Positions 31,616 through 41,534 of a stretch of 64,000 bases of DNA are shown piece by piece; positions within the stretch are counted from its first letter, which is position 1, and the number at the start of each line of letters is the position of its first letter. Location: the NCBI GenBank assembly GCA_018303425.1, contig JAGVYF010000001.1:3539-67538 (forward strand), read 5' to 3'. The position numbers were made by a program, and so were the translations under genes. Source of the stretch: Candidatus Woesearchaeota archaeon. GTDB taxonomy: Archaea; Nanobdellota; Nanobdellia; Woesearchaeales; JAGVYF01. Below the pieces are notes generated by a model. That model was not told the origin of the DNA. It worked only from the letters and a program-made list of their open reading frames with translations, and searched no databases.

Positions 31616-32337
31616 CTTATTTAAAAAAAGAAATTAAATATCTTAAACAAATTTTAACACGAGAAGAAATAAAATACTATAATTTCCACAAAAAGAGATA
31701 TTTAGACATATTACAATCCATTCATATTAATAAAAATGTTAAAATATTGGATTTGGGGTGCAGTAATGGGCATTTATTACTTATATTAAAAAAATTAGGA
31801 GCTGATGTGTGCGGGGTTGATTATACGGATAAGTGGAAAGAAAGATTCAAAAAATATGGAATTATGTTTAAAAAATGCAATATAGAGTCAGATCCCCTCC
31901 CGTATTTAGACGATACTTTTGATTATGTAATGATGAATGAGGTTATTGAACATCTGGTAAAAGAGATAAATTTACCAATTAAAGAATGTAAAAGGATATT
32001 AAAAAAAAATGGAAAATTGATTATATCTACGCCCAATGCATGTGAATTAGGCAAAAGGTTATTATTCTTATTGGGCAAGAATATTTATTGGGATATAAAT
32101 ACATTTTATGAGAGGGGAATTTATGAAAGGCATAATAGAGAATTCAGCATGGATGAATTAAAATTTATACTTAAAATAAATGGATTTTCAAAATTTAAAA
32201 GCAAATATCTTTCTTCATGGGAAGGGTTGAGACAAATTGAGAAAAATAATCCTTTAGCAACAATTATTTCAATGATTCAAAAAATATTTCCTAAATTTAG
32301 ATCAAATCTTCTTATAATTGCGAATAAGTCAAATTAA
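31612..32337 (+). CDS. class I SAM-dependent methyltransferase
   Basis: Motif I ILDLGCSNGH. 4-nt overlap with the upstream AlkP-family gene. Confidence 0.7.
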   Translation: MTYLKKEIKYLKQILTREEIKYYNFHKKRYLDILQSIHINKNVKILDLGCSNGHLLLILKKLGADVCGVDYTDKWKERFKKYGIMFKKCNIESDPLPYLDDTFDYVMMNEVIEHLVKEINLPIKECKRILKKNGKLIISTPNACELGKRLLFLLGKNIYWDINTFYERGIYERHNREFSMDELKFILKINGFSKFKSKYLSSWEGLRQIEKNNPLATIISMIQKIFPKFRSNLLIIANKSN

Positions 32338-33816
32338 TTTTTCATATTCCCTTAATATTAAAACTAAAACCTTTCTTAAAAAAACCTTTGGTTGAGTTAA
32401 ATAAGTTTTCCAATTGCTCTTGAAATTCCGAATCATATATTTATATGGCATTGGCTTTTTGATTAAATTAAAATTATAATCTATGTAGTAATAATTTTTA
32501 CAATGTATTTTTTTAGGTTTAAACTGGTTTGTTAATGGAACTATTAAAATATCTGAAAAATCAGGTTTATCTGATAATTTAATCTCCGCCGCAGGGAATA
32601 GTAATTTAAATCCATTTAATACTACTGAATTAAACAAATTATTAGAACTTCTCAAAATAGATAAATGTTTAAATTTATTTTTTAAAAAAATAAATTTCAA
32701 TTTTTCAGCCATAAATTCTGCATGAAAATTAAGTAAATCCTCTTCCTGATTAAAAAATTCATTTTTAAATTTAAAAATTAAGTTTTTATATATAATATTT
32801 GAAATTTGGTTAATTTTTTCATATGGATCTTTAACCATGTCGTAAAATTCAAAATTATTGTGTCCATTAGATTGTATGACCAATTTGTATTTTCCATTGT
32901 GCAGCGCCGTTTTTTTATTTTTTTGAAAATAATTCCTCGTATCAACACGGAAAAATCTTTTTGGGGACTTTACATTTTTCAAAGGCAATGGTTTTGAAAA
33001 ATAAGGACACCCAAATGATGCATTAATCTCTAGATGATTTAATAAAGTGGGCGCAATGTCTAAAGTTGATACTGGAGTTGTAACTTTTAATCCTTTTTCG
33101 CACCCCGGATAAATTAGTATTAACGGCACTTTAATATTATCATTTGTTATAAATAAATCATGACCTTCTAAAGTTTTTTGTAGCCTTGTCCGGTTATTTT
33201 GCTTATCTTTTGAAGGCCAACCATGATCCGCCCATACAATTACAATTGAATTGTCCATATAACCCCTATTTTTTAAAAAATCAAACATCTTTTTTGCATC
33301 CGCTAAAGAATCATCACCTTTAATTGGAGTAAAAGAATATTGAAGATAAAGTAAAAAAGGATTACTTAATTTATTTTTAGCTAAAAGAGATTTAGTTAAT
33401 CTATTGATTTCTTTGCTATTCCACATGTACTTATAATCTTTAACATTTTTAGGAAAATATTTTTTTTTAATTGGAAACATCATCTTTTTCAAATTTTTCC
33501 TGACCGGCAGATAGAACAAACTTGAATAAATCTTATATTTGCTAGACTTTAATAACTGAAAAAAGGGTTTAAATTTGGAATAATCAATTTGTAAATCTTC
33601 AAAAGATCTGGCAAAATACGAGGAAGGATAACCCACCATTACACTACTGATTGATAATACCGTGCTGGGAAAAGCGGTATAAGCATTAGTATATTCTATA
33701 CCTTCCTTAGCCCATTCATCCAAATAATCCGGCCTATCTTTATAGTCCCCATATTCTTTTGTAGGTCTAATTCCATCCAGATGGAACCATATAATATTTT
33801 TATATTTCTTTTTCAT
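32329..33816 (-). CDS. sulfatase-like hydrolase/transferase (AlkP superfamily, PF00884-like)
   Basis: NIIWFHLDGIR N-terminus. WADHGWP metal-binding motif. No canonical C/S-x-P-x-R formylglycine motif seen (TAFPSTV instead), so possibly a Thr-nucleophile transferase. Confidence 0.5.
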   Translation of the reverse strand: MKKKYKNIIWFHLDGIRPTKEYGDYKDRPDYLDEWAKEGIEYTNAYTAFPSTVLSISSVMVGYPSSYFARSFEDLQIDYSKFKPFFQLLKSSKYKIYSSLFYLPVRKNLKKMMFPIKKKYFPKNVKDYKYMWNSKEINRLTKSLLAKNKLSNPFLLYLQYSFTPIKGDDSLADAKKMFDFLKNRGYMDNSIVIVWADHGWPSKDKQNNRTRLQKTLEGHDLFITNDNIKVPLILIYPGCEKGLKVTTPVSTLDIAPTLLNHLEINASFGCPYFSKPLPLKNVKSPKRFFRVDTRNYFQKNKKTALHNGKYKLVIQSNGHNNFEFYDMVKDPYEKINQISNIIYKNLIFKFKNEFFNQEEDLLNFHAEFMAEKLKFIFLKNKFKHLSILRSSNNLFNSVVLNGFKLLFPAAEIKLSDKPDFSDILIVPLTNQFKPKKIHCKNYYYIDYNFNLIKKPMPYKYMIRNFKSNWKTYLTQPKVFLRKVLVLILREYEKLI

Positions 33817-34948
33817 TATAAATCCTTAATATGCTTTCGACATAAGCTCCGATATTCAATTCTCTTCTAACTTTTAATGGTTTACGCCTCTTAAAAATTT
33901 CTTTAGTCAATTCATTTTCGTCAAAAAAATTGCACACATTTTCTTTACCGGCAGTTTCAATAATACCCCCTTTATTATTTGCTATTAAGGGTTTCTTCAT
34001 TGCCATTGCTTCTAATTGAACTCTACCCTGAGCTTCCAACCAAATAGACGGAAATGCAACTATATCGCATTCTGCATATTTTTTCATAACTTCTTCCTGA
34101 GATAGTTTACCGAAAAAGATAACTGAATCCCGAATATTTAATTTTTCACTCAATTTTTTTAAGTAGTTTTCATAACTACCTGTACCCACAATCCAAAGCT
34201 TTGCATTTTTTTTCTTTTGTAAAATTTTAGGCATTATCTTAATTAATAACTGAAATCCTTTATAGGGTTCTAATCTGCCAGGTCCTGCAAGAATAATAAA
34301 GCCTTTATTTTTGAGTTTAGGTTTTGGCTTCCAGTCAGGCATTGGATTATGTACAACTTCAATGTTAGTTCTTATTCTTGAATTATAAAGAACTTCTTTA
34401 ACAAAATTTGTTAATGCAATTATTTTATCCGTAGAATTTAAAGCATTCCTTAAAACTTTTGCTCTCCCTTTAATAAACGGATAAATTAAATATGCTAAAC
34501 TTGGATAACCAAATTGGTAATTTGCTTCTCTTTTCAAACAATTTAAATAACGTGTATTCAAACAGTTATGATAAAGCTTTCCCTGATTTTGGCATATAGG
34601 CAAATTACAAACAAATCTTAAATCTCTAACTGTGGCAATAACTTTCAATTTTAATTTTTTTGCAGCAAGAACCGTTGCGGGAAGTATCATTAAATCCTGG
34701 ACATGCACAATATCAAACCCTTTTCCGCACAGTTGATTGTAAATATATCTGCTGATATAAACATCTAATAGATTAGTGTTTAATAAAAACGCTCTTAAAT
34801 ATGTAGGTATGCTCTGTAAAAGGGAGTTTAGAGTTATTACTTTAACTTGATTTTTAGTCTTGTTTAAACCTTCAACAAGCAAATTAGTACTTACTTCTGC
34901 ACCGCCGATATTCTCTCCGAAGTATGTTGAAACAATAGCAATTTTCAT
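33800..34948 (-). CDS. glycosyltransferase family 4
   Basis: MKIAIVSTYFGENIGGAE. C-terminal GT-B EAQGRVQLEAMAMKKPLIANNKGGIIE. Start at 34948 fits leaderless spacing to the TTTATAAATA box. Confidence 0.7.
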   Translation of the reverse strand: MKIAIVSTYFGENIGGAEVSTNLLVEGLNKTKNQVKVITLNSLLQSIPTYLRAFLLNTNLLDVYISRYIYNQLCGKGFDIVHVQDLMILPATVLAAKKLKLKVIATVRDLRFVCNLPICQNQGKLYHNCLNTRYLNCLKREANYQFGYPSLAYLIYPFIKGRAKVLRNALNSTDKIIALTNFVKEVLYNSRIRTNIEVVHNPMPDWKPKPKLKNKGFIILAGPGRLEPYKGFQLLIKIMPKILQKKKNAKLWIVGTGSYENYLKKLSEKLNIRDSVIFFGKLSQEEVMKKYAECDIVAFPSIWLEAQGRVQLEAMAMKKPLIANNKGGIIETAGKENVCNFFDENELTKEIFKRRKPLKVRRELNIGAYVESILRIYNEKEI

Positions 34949-34966
34949 TATGCAGAGAATCTCCAT

Positions 34967-34984
34967 TATCTTTATAAATATAGC
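34967..34984. promoter_or_regulatory. shared AT-rich TATA-box region for divergent leaderless GT4 genes
   Basis: TTTATAAATA lies about 25 nt from ATG 34948 (minus strand) and about 27 nt from ATG 35003 (plus strand). Confidence 0.4.
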
Positions 34985-35002
34985 GTCAATCCATGCAATA
35001 AG

Positions 35003-36106
35003 ATGAAAATTCTAGAAACACCGGCATATTTTCTGCCGCACATTGGGGGTATTGAATCAGTCGTATATAGTTTAAGTAAGGAGTGGATTAAACTTAAGCA
35101 TAAAGTTAAAATTATTACATCATCAATAGGTTCAGATAAAACCAAAGAAATTATGGAAGATATAAAAGTAGGAAGAATCAAATCATTTACATTTATTCAG
35201 GACGCAATTGCACCTCTTTTACCATTTTCATTGCATTCCGCAGATATTGCCCATATTCATCATCCGCATCCTTATTGGATGTTTGTATGCGCATCATACT
35301 TCAGAATTAAAAAAGTCCCTTATGTTGTGCACATGCACGGCAAAGAGATTGTTTACACCGGTTGGAAAAAATGGATTGCTATATTTTATAATTACTTTTT
35401 TCTTGATTTTATTCTTAGAAGATCTGAAAAAATTATTAGCCATACAATCAAAGTAATACCGCAATCTCAATATCTTCGGAAATATAAAAATAAAATTGTC
35501 TGCATACCTCATGGAACTGATTTAATGCATTTTAAAAAAATTAAAAGAAGCAATTTCATATTTAGTGTAGGAATTCGTGATTATAAAAGGCTCGATATTT
35601 TAATTAGATCTATGCCGTTAATTCTTAAAAAGGTAAAAACTCGGCTTGTAATAGCGGGGAAAGGGAAAGAAAAGGATAAACTTGAAAAGCTTATTGAAAA
35701 ATTAGGTTTACAGGAAGAAGTAATATTTTTAGGTTATATAACTGAAGGACAGAAATATGGATTATATCAAAAAGCGGGAGTGTTTATTCTTCCTTCACCC
35801 ACAATAATGGAAAGTTTTGGCACTGTTGCATTTGAAGCATTATCAATGAAATGTCCAACAATTGTAACTTCTGGCGCAGGAATTTCAGAGATATTTGAAA
35901 AAGAAAAAATCGGAATTATTGTGCAGCCATACAAAATTACTGAACTTGCAGAACAAATTGTTAAATTACTTAAAAATAAAAAACTCGCAAATGAAATCGG
36001 AGAAAAAGGTTACAAGGTTATAGAAAAAAAATATCAATGGAAACATATTGCTAAAAAATATATTGAAATTTTTGAAGAGGTAATTAAAAATGCACGCGCC
36101 AATTAG
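35003..36106 (+). CDS. glycosyltransferase family 4
   Basis: MKILETPAYFLPHIGGIE...ESFGTVAFEALSMKCPTIVTSGAGISE. Confidence 0.7.
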   Translation: MKILETPAYFLPHIGGIESVVYSLSKEWIKLKHKVKIITSSIGSDKTKEIMEDIKVGRIKSFTFIQDAIAPLLPFSLHSADIAHIHHPHPYWMFVCASYFRIKKVPYVVHMHGKEIVYTGWKKWIAIFYNYFFLDFILRRSEKIISHTIKVIPQSQYLRKYKNKIVCIPHGTDLMHFKKIKRSNFIFSVGIRDYKRLDILIRSMPLILKKVKTRLVIAGKGKEKDKLEKLIEKLGLQEEVIFLGYITEGQKYGLYQKAGVFILPSPTIMESFGTVAFEALSMKCPTIVTSGAGISEIFEKEKIGIIVQPYKITELAEQIVKLLKNKKLANEIGEKGYKVIEKKYQWKHIAKKYIEIFEEVIKNARAN

Positions 36107-36554
36107 GAGATATCATCAAAATATTTTGAAAGTTTTAAGAAACAAACTGTTGCATTTGATTGCAAGAAATACAATAAGTAATAGATTAAGGATATTTTTA
36201 TTTAGATTATCGGGAGCAAAAATCGCAAAGAGTTCATTTATAGGGATAGAAACATTTCTTGATGATCAATTTCCGCAATATATTAAAATTGGGAAAGGAT
36301 GTGTGCTCTCATTCAGAGTAAACTTAGTTGTGCATGATATGTCAGGTTACTTGAAACCGATAACATTTAAAAGAAACAGTTATGCCGGTTGCGCATCTAC
36401 AATTTTACCGGGCGTAATTGTCGGAGAAAACTCGTTTATTGCGGCAGGTTCAGTAGTAACAAAAGATGTGCCACCGAATACAATAGTTGCAGGCGTGCCT
36501 GCTAGAGTGATTAAACAAACTGAACCGAGGCATAATGTTAAAGTATTTAAATAA
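36090..36554 (+). CDS. hexapeptide-repeat (LbH) sugar acetyltransferase
   Basis: [38 protein letters not shown] hexapeptide repeats. 154 aa. Confidence 0.7.
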
Positions 36555-37665
36555 GACTAAAATGTTAATCCCTCATCAAAAATTGAATATACGGACAAAA
36601 GATATTCTCAAGGGCAGTGTTAACTATCTTAACAATTCAAAACTCAATCTATCATCTTTAAAAAAGTATGTGCATCATAAACATTTACATTGGGCGGGCT
36701 CAGCAAGATTTGCAATAACCCAAACACTACAAAGTATATCGCCCAAGGGAGGGTTAAGAGTTGGGTTACCTGCATTTACGTGCAAGGTTATAGCTGATTC
36801 AATTAAAAATGCCAACTGTAGTCCTGCATTTTATGATTCAAGTATAATCTCCGGTTACAAGCATATCAAAGAAATAATCTCTGATATTGATGCGCTTTTA
36901 TTGCCCCATAATATGGGCTTTGTTTCAGAGCTTGATAAAATACAAAAATTATGCCGAAAGAATAATGTTGAATTTATTGAAGATTGCGCGCAGGCATTAG
37001 GAGCAACATATAACAATCAGTTAGCTGGAAGTTTTGCTGATAGGTCTGTGTATAGCTTTAACATGAGCAAAGGTTTTTTTTTAGGGGGACTTATCGCCAG
37101 TAATTACAAACTAATAAATATAAGTTCTCATGGCAGGTTGAACGGGAAATGCTATCCTATTAAAGAAATAGCGAAAGCAACAGCGCAAGGAATAATTAGT
37201 GGACCTTTTTTTAATAAAAATATTTTTTCAGTGACAAATAAATTTCTTAAAACGGAATTACATAAAAAACATTTGGCTTTACCCTATAAAATGCCAAAAT
37301 ATGCGCAATATATAATTGCAGAACAATTAAAGAGCTATCATGAAATCTTAAAATTACGTAAGCGGAATGCCGAAATTTGTATGAGCGAGCTTGAAGGAAT
37401 TGCTGACTTTGTTAAACCTTTAAAAAATTCTTCCCCCTCATGGTTATACTTTGTACTGCTTGATAAAAATAGAGCCAAATTAAGAAAAGCATTGTTAAAA
37501 GAAAATGTAGATATAGTACCTTCATACACGTTTTATGATTTAACAAGAAAGTCTGAAATTGCAACAATGACTTCTGAGAGACAAGCTATATTTTCTTTGC
37601 ATAGGCCGACTTCAGAAATAGAATATATTGTGAAAAAAATTAAAAAGGTGAAGAGATGGATTTAA
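36535..37665 (+). CDS. divergent DegT/EryC1-like PLP-dependent enzyme (aminotransferase/dehydratase fold)
   Basis: [37 protein letters not shown] resembles the DxAxAxG...SFxxxK region of DegT family. N-terminal half is divergent. Confidence 0.45.
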
Positions 37666-38714
37666 TCGAACTTCAAACAGATGATCCGCATTGGGCCGAA
37701 TTTTTAGAAGGACATGAACACCAAGTCTTTCATAGACCTGAATATAAACAATTTATCGAAGAGACATTTCAGAATACAAAAGCGCATTATTTTGCAATCG
37801 CTGATAAAAAGATTAAAATAATTTTCCCTCTATTCTATGTAGATCAGCCATGGTTAAGAAAAATATTCTTCTCACCTTTTTTTGACATCTTCAAACCAAA
37901 ACTAACATCTGCAGCATTTCATGACTTCGGTGGACCGATTGGAGAATTAAAACCTGAATACATGATTAAATTATTTAACCATATTAAAGAAACATATTCT
38001 ATTGATAATGTAGAAATAAAAGATAATAATCCTCTTTTCAATAAATTAGTTAAAAGAAAAGATTACCGCAAATTTGTAATCTCACTAGAGAATAAAGAAC
38101 AAGTTTGGAGAAATATTCAAAAGTCTAAAAGAAAAGCTGTTAAAAAAGCACAAAGGGAAGGAATCACTACACGAGAAGTTCAAAAAAAAGAAATAAACAA
38201 ACTTTACAAAACATACTTGGAAAATATGCGGGCATTTGGCGAACTCCCATATCCAAAAAGATACTTCATTAATTTTTATGAAAACTTTATTGAGAAAGGA
38301 CTAGGTAAATGTTTTGGTGCATATTACGGAAACAAACTAGTCTCAGTTTTATTAGGATATACAGTTAAGGACAATGTACACATAGTTATAGCAGTCTCTG
38401 AAAAAAAGTACCTCGAGCTTAGGCCAAACGATGCAGTGCACTGGCAATTCATTGAATGGGCTTGCGACAATGGTTACAAATATTTTGATTTCGGTAGAAC
38501 TCGCCCCGAATCAGGACAATATGACTATAAACGTAAATGGGGTGGGAAAATAGAAGAATTAACAACAAATTATTTACCTATCAAAACAAAGAATATACCT
38601 ACTATTGATCCAACTAACCCTAAATATCAACTATTTATTAAAATAGAACAACATCTGCCTCTTTGGTTTACTAAATACATTAGTTCATGGTTCAGAGAAG
38701 GGTTAGGTATGTAA
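37656..38714 (+). CDS. FemAB-like GNAT acyltransferase (Acetyltransf_6-type)
   Basis: About 350 aa. C-terminal ...[21 protein letters not shown] typical of BioF2/FemAB-like GNATs found in polysaccharide clusters. Confidence 0.5.
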
Positions 38715-38715
38715 C

Positions 38716-39453
38716 TTAAATAATCCACTTCTTAATAAACTCATCACAACTAATCCAGTTTGCATTAGAATTCTCAACCATTGAAGTAAACATTTTCCAT
38801 GCTTTCTTACCTTGATTACGTGAATAAAGCTTTTTTACAAGCCAATTTATCTGATTATGAGGCCGCTTGGATAAAAACTCACAAGGATGCAGATAAAACA
38901 TGTATGGTAATTTAAATAATTTAGATGCCGGATAAAATAATCTATAATAAGGCAACCCAGATGATAAAAACTTACCTACAAAATTTGACATAGGCAACTC
39001 AATGATCCCATTTCTCCAATGGGGCTTAATGTTAACTAAAAGATTATTATAACGCCCCGGAAAAAATGAGCTAATAGAAGAATCATACTTATACCCATTT
39101 TCTTTGAGTGATTTATATAAAGTGTTTGGATACATAAAATAAGGCGCGCGAAATCCTTTACATTTAATTCCTAACTTCTCAATAGCTAACTTAGACTTTC
39201 GTAACTGATAATCTAAACTATTTTCATTAATGTATGAATGATCATAACCATGAGACGCAACCTCATGAGACTTAGAAATTTTCTTAACTAGTTTAGGATA
39301 CTTCTCAGCAATTTCACCAATAACAAAAAATGTTGCAGTTATATTGTTTTCCGAGAAATAATCTAACAATTTTGGAACTATAACTTTCAAACTTTTATCT
39401 TCTTTACTTTCAAAATCATACTCTAAATCAATTGTCAGAATTTTATCTATCAT
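38716..39453 (-). CDS. polysaccharide deacetylase (NodB homology domain)
   Basis: TFFVIGEIAEKYPKLVKKI...HEVASHGYDHS (NodB motifs 1 and 2). Confidence 0.75.
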   Translation of the reverse strand: MIDKILTIDLEYDFESKEDKSLKVIVPKLLDYFSENNITATFFVIGEIAEKYPKLVKKISKSHEVASHGYDHSYINENSLDYQLRKSKLAIEKLGIKCKGFRAPYFMYPNTLYKSLKENGYKYDSSISSFFPGRYNNLLVNIKPHWRNGIIELPMSNFVGKFLSSGLPYYRLFYPASKLFKLPYMFYLHPCEFLSKRPHNQINWLVKKLYSRNQGKKAWKMFTSMVENSNANWISCDEFIKKWII

Positions 39454-39779
39454 TTTAATTGTTTCAATGCAACAGATTTAACTATTTTTTTAAGTTTACA
39501 TTGCTGGACTCTTAATAATTTAAACAAATAAAAAACAATTGCAATCATAAACATAAATCCCGCGATTGTAAATAATTCAACTGCGCTTCTAACACTAAAA
39601 GCCTGAACAAAAATGTCGAGAGTTCTTGGGAATACAACTCCCAGTAAAAAGAATAGCCAAACGGGGATCCAAATTAATAGATCCGCAAATTGTATTTCTT
39701 TCCTGCGATAAAATAATAAAGTTACATATATCATCACAAGCCCAAAAATTATTCCCAAACTCTGCAGCCATATTAGCAT
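39450..39779 (-). CDS. DUF2304-like small membrane protein (GT2 partner)
   Basis: 109 aa with 3 TM helices. Overlaps and follows a GT2 gene, the arrangement typical of GT2 plus DUF2304 pairs. Confidence 0.45.
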   Translation of the reverse strand: MLIWLQSLGIIFGLVMIYVTLLFYRRKEIQFADLLIWIPVWLFFLLGVVFPRTLDIFVQAFSVRSAVELFTIAGFMFMIAIVFYLFKLLRVQQCKLKKIVKSVALKQLK

Positions 39780-39784
39780 TTAAT

Positions 39785-40444
39785 TCACCCAAAAATTCTC
39801 CAATAAACCATCATGGAAAATATTTTTATTCCGTCAAAAACAGTAGTTCCCTTAACTTTATTTAAATATATTGTTTCAATTGGAATTTGACCAACTTTAA
39901 GTTTATGTTTTCTTGCTTTAGCCAGCATTTCAGTTTCAACTGAATAACCTTCTGAATTCCATTTAATTTTATTATAAATCTCGGTTTTAATCGCTCTTAA
40001 TCCATTTGAAAAATCTGCGATATTTGAATTATAAAGGAAATTAAAGCTTGAACGTAAAAACTTGTTTCCAAATCTCAATATAAATGGCATACTCTTATTA
40101 AATTTACGGACACCTGTAACCAATTGGTAATTTCCTTGATTAATTTTGTTTAATAAAGGGACAATATCTTTAGGGTCATGCTGTAAATCTGCGTCTATAA
40201 ATACAACAATGGTTGCGCCTTTTTTCAGTGCAGCTTCAAAACCTGTTGACATTGCCAATCCTTTGCCCATGTTAACGATATGTTTTAGCCTAAAATCGGC
40301 AGTTGAAGAATTTTTAAAAGTTTCATCAATACTGCCATCGTCAACAACAATTACTTCATCAACATATTTTTTTGTTTCCTTTATCACTTCTTTAATATGA
40401 AGTTCTTCATTATATGCAGGTATTACTGCAATTATTTTTTTCAT
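39785..40444 (-). CDS. glycosyltransferase family 2 (Pren-P sugar synthase-like, soluble)
   Basis: KIIAVIPAYNEE...VVDDGSIDET...FIDADLQHDP. Confidence 0.7.
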   Translation of the reverse strand: MKKIIAVIPAYNEELHIKEVIKETKKYVDEVIVVDDGSIDETFKNSSTADFRLKHIVNMGKGLAMSTGFEAALKKGATIVVFIDADLQHDPKDIVPLLNKINQGNYQLVTGVRKFNKSMPFILRFGNKFLRSSFNFLYNSNIADFSNGLRAIKTEIYNKIKWNSEGYSVETEMLAKARKHKLKVGQIPIETIYLNKVKGTTVFDGIKIFSMMVYWRIFG

Positions 40445-40446
40445 GT

Positions 40447-41463
40447 TTAAAAAATTCCGATTTTATAAGTAACACTATAAATTACAATCGCTGATAAACC
40501 AATTTCAAACAAAAATAAAACCCTGACTAGATCCTTTTCAAATATTTCAATGTTTAGTTTATTAAATGTGTAAATAATCAAATGTTCCAAAGCATATATT
40601 TTTTTATAAGGTTGTAATAATGAACCATTAGGCAAAAGTTTTGCAAAACTTTCTTTTTGCATCAGTCCTCTTAATTTTAAAGGAAATTGAATAAAATAGG
40701 GAATAAATAAAAATAATGCAATTTTTTCCATGTTACCTGCAATTGCAACACTTGCAATTAATGCGCCCACTGAATAGGTTAAAGTATCACCTGGAAAAAT
40801 TCTTGCGGGGTGACGATTAAACAAATAAAGCGCAATTAAACTCGAAAACATACAAAGCGCAACCACTGCAACCCATCCGGTTCTTGTAAACCACGCAATG
40901 TAACCCATTGTAAATAAAATTATTGCGCCCATTCCTGTTTCTAATCCGTTATAGCCTGCTAACATATTAAAGCCATTAGATGCGCCCACAATGCCTATAG
41001 GGATAAATAAAAAAGGGTATATATATGTTAAATCTACAATACCTAACAAAGGCAGGGAAACTTTTGAATATCCGGCATTAACAACAACCATAGGTAACGC
41101 TGCAAAAAACGTAAGCAGTGGTTTTTGCCATTGCCTTAATCCTATTTTCCAACCTAATATATCATCTATAATACCAATTATAGAAATTGTTAAAATTGTT
41201 GATAATAATGCCAATATCTGCAAATTTGTTTGGGGTGCATCAAGATAATAAGTATTAATTGCTATAAATAATAATACGCCCGCCATAAATCCAATTAAAA
41301 CTGGAACTCCTCCCATTTCAGCAACATTTTTAGGATTTAGTTTGTGCATATCAATTCCAACTAAACCTGCTTTTCTTGCTCTCCTAATCCATCCAGGGGT
41401 AACTAATAAAGTAATCAAGAAACTTACAACAAAACATAAGATTAAAAAAGATTGGACCATCAA
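40447..41463 (-). CDS. polyprenyl-phosphate N-acetylhexosamine-1-phosphate transferase (MraY/WecA/AglH family)
   Basis: About 10 TM helices. VGIDMHKLNPKNVAEMGGV matches the D-x-H/NK...PE.GG motif of the GPT family. Confidence 0.7.
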   Translation of the reverse strand: MMVQSFLILCFVVSFLITLLVTPGWIRRARKAGLVGIDMHKLNPKNVAEMGGVPVLIGFMAGVLLFIAINTYYLDAPQTNLQILALLSTILTISIIGIIDDILGWKIGLRQWQKPLLTFFAALPMVVVNAGYSKVSLPLLGIVDLTYIYPFLFIPIGIVGASNGFNMLAGYNGLETGMGAIILFTMGYIAWFTRTGWVAVVALCMFSSLIALYLFNRHPARIFPGDTLTYSVGALIASVAIAGNMEKIALFLFIPYFIQFPLKLRGLMQKESFAKLLPNGSLLQPYKKIYALEHLIIYTFNKLNIEIFEKDLVRVLFLFEIGLSAIVIYSVTYKIGIF

Positions 41464-41534
41464 ATATAGATTTATAATTGACTTTATAAATATTATAGAG
41501 TCCGAAAAACAATGTTTATCGAATATGTTCTATT

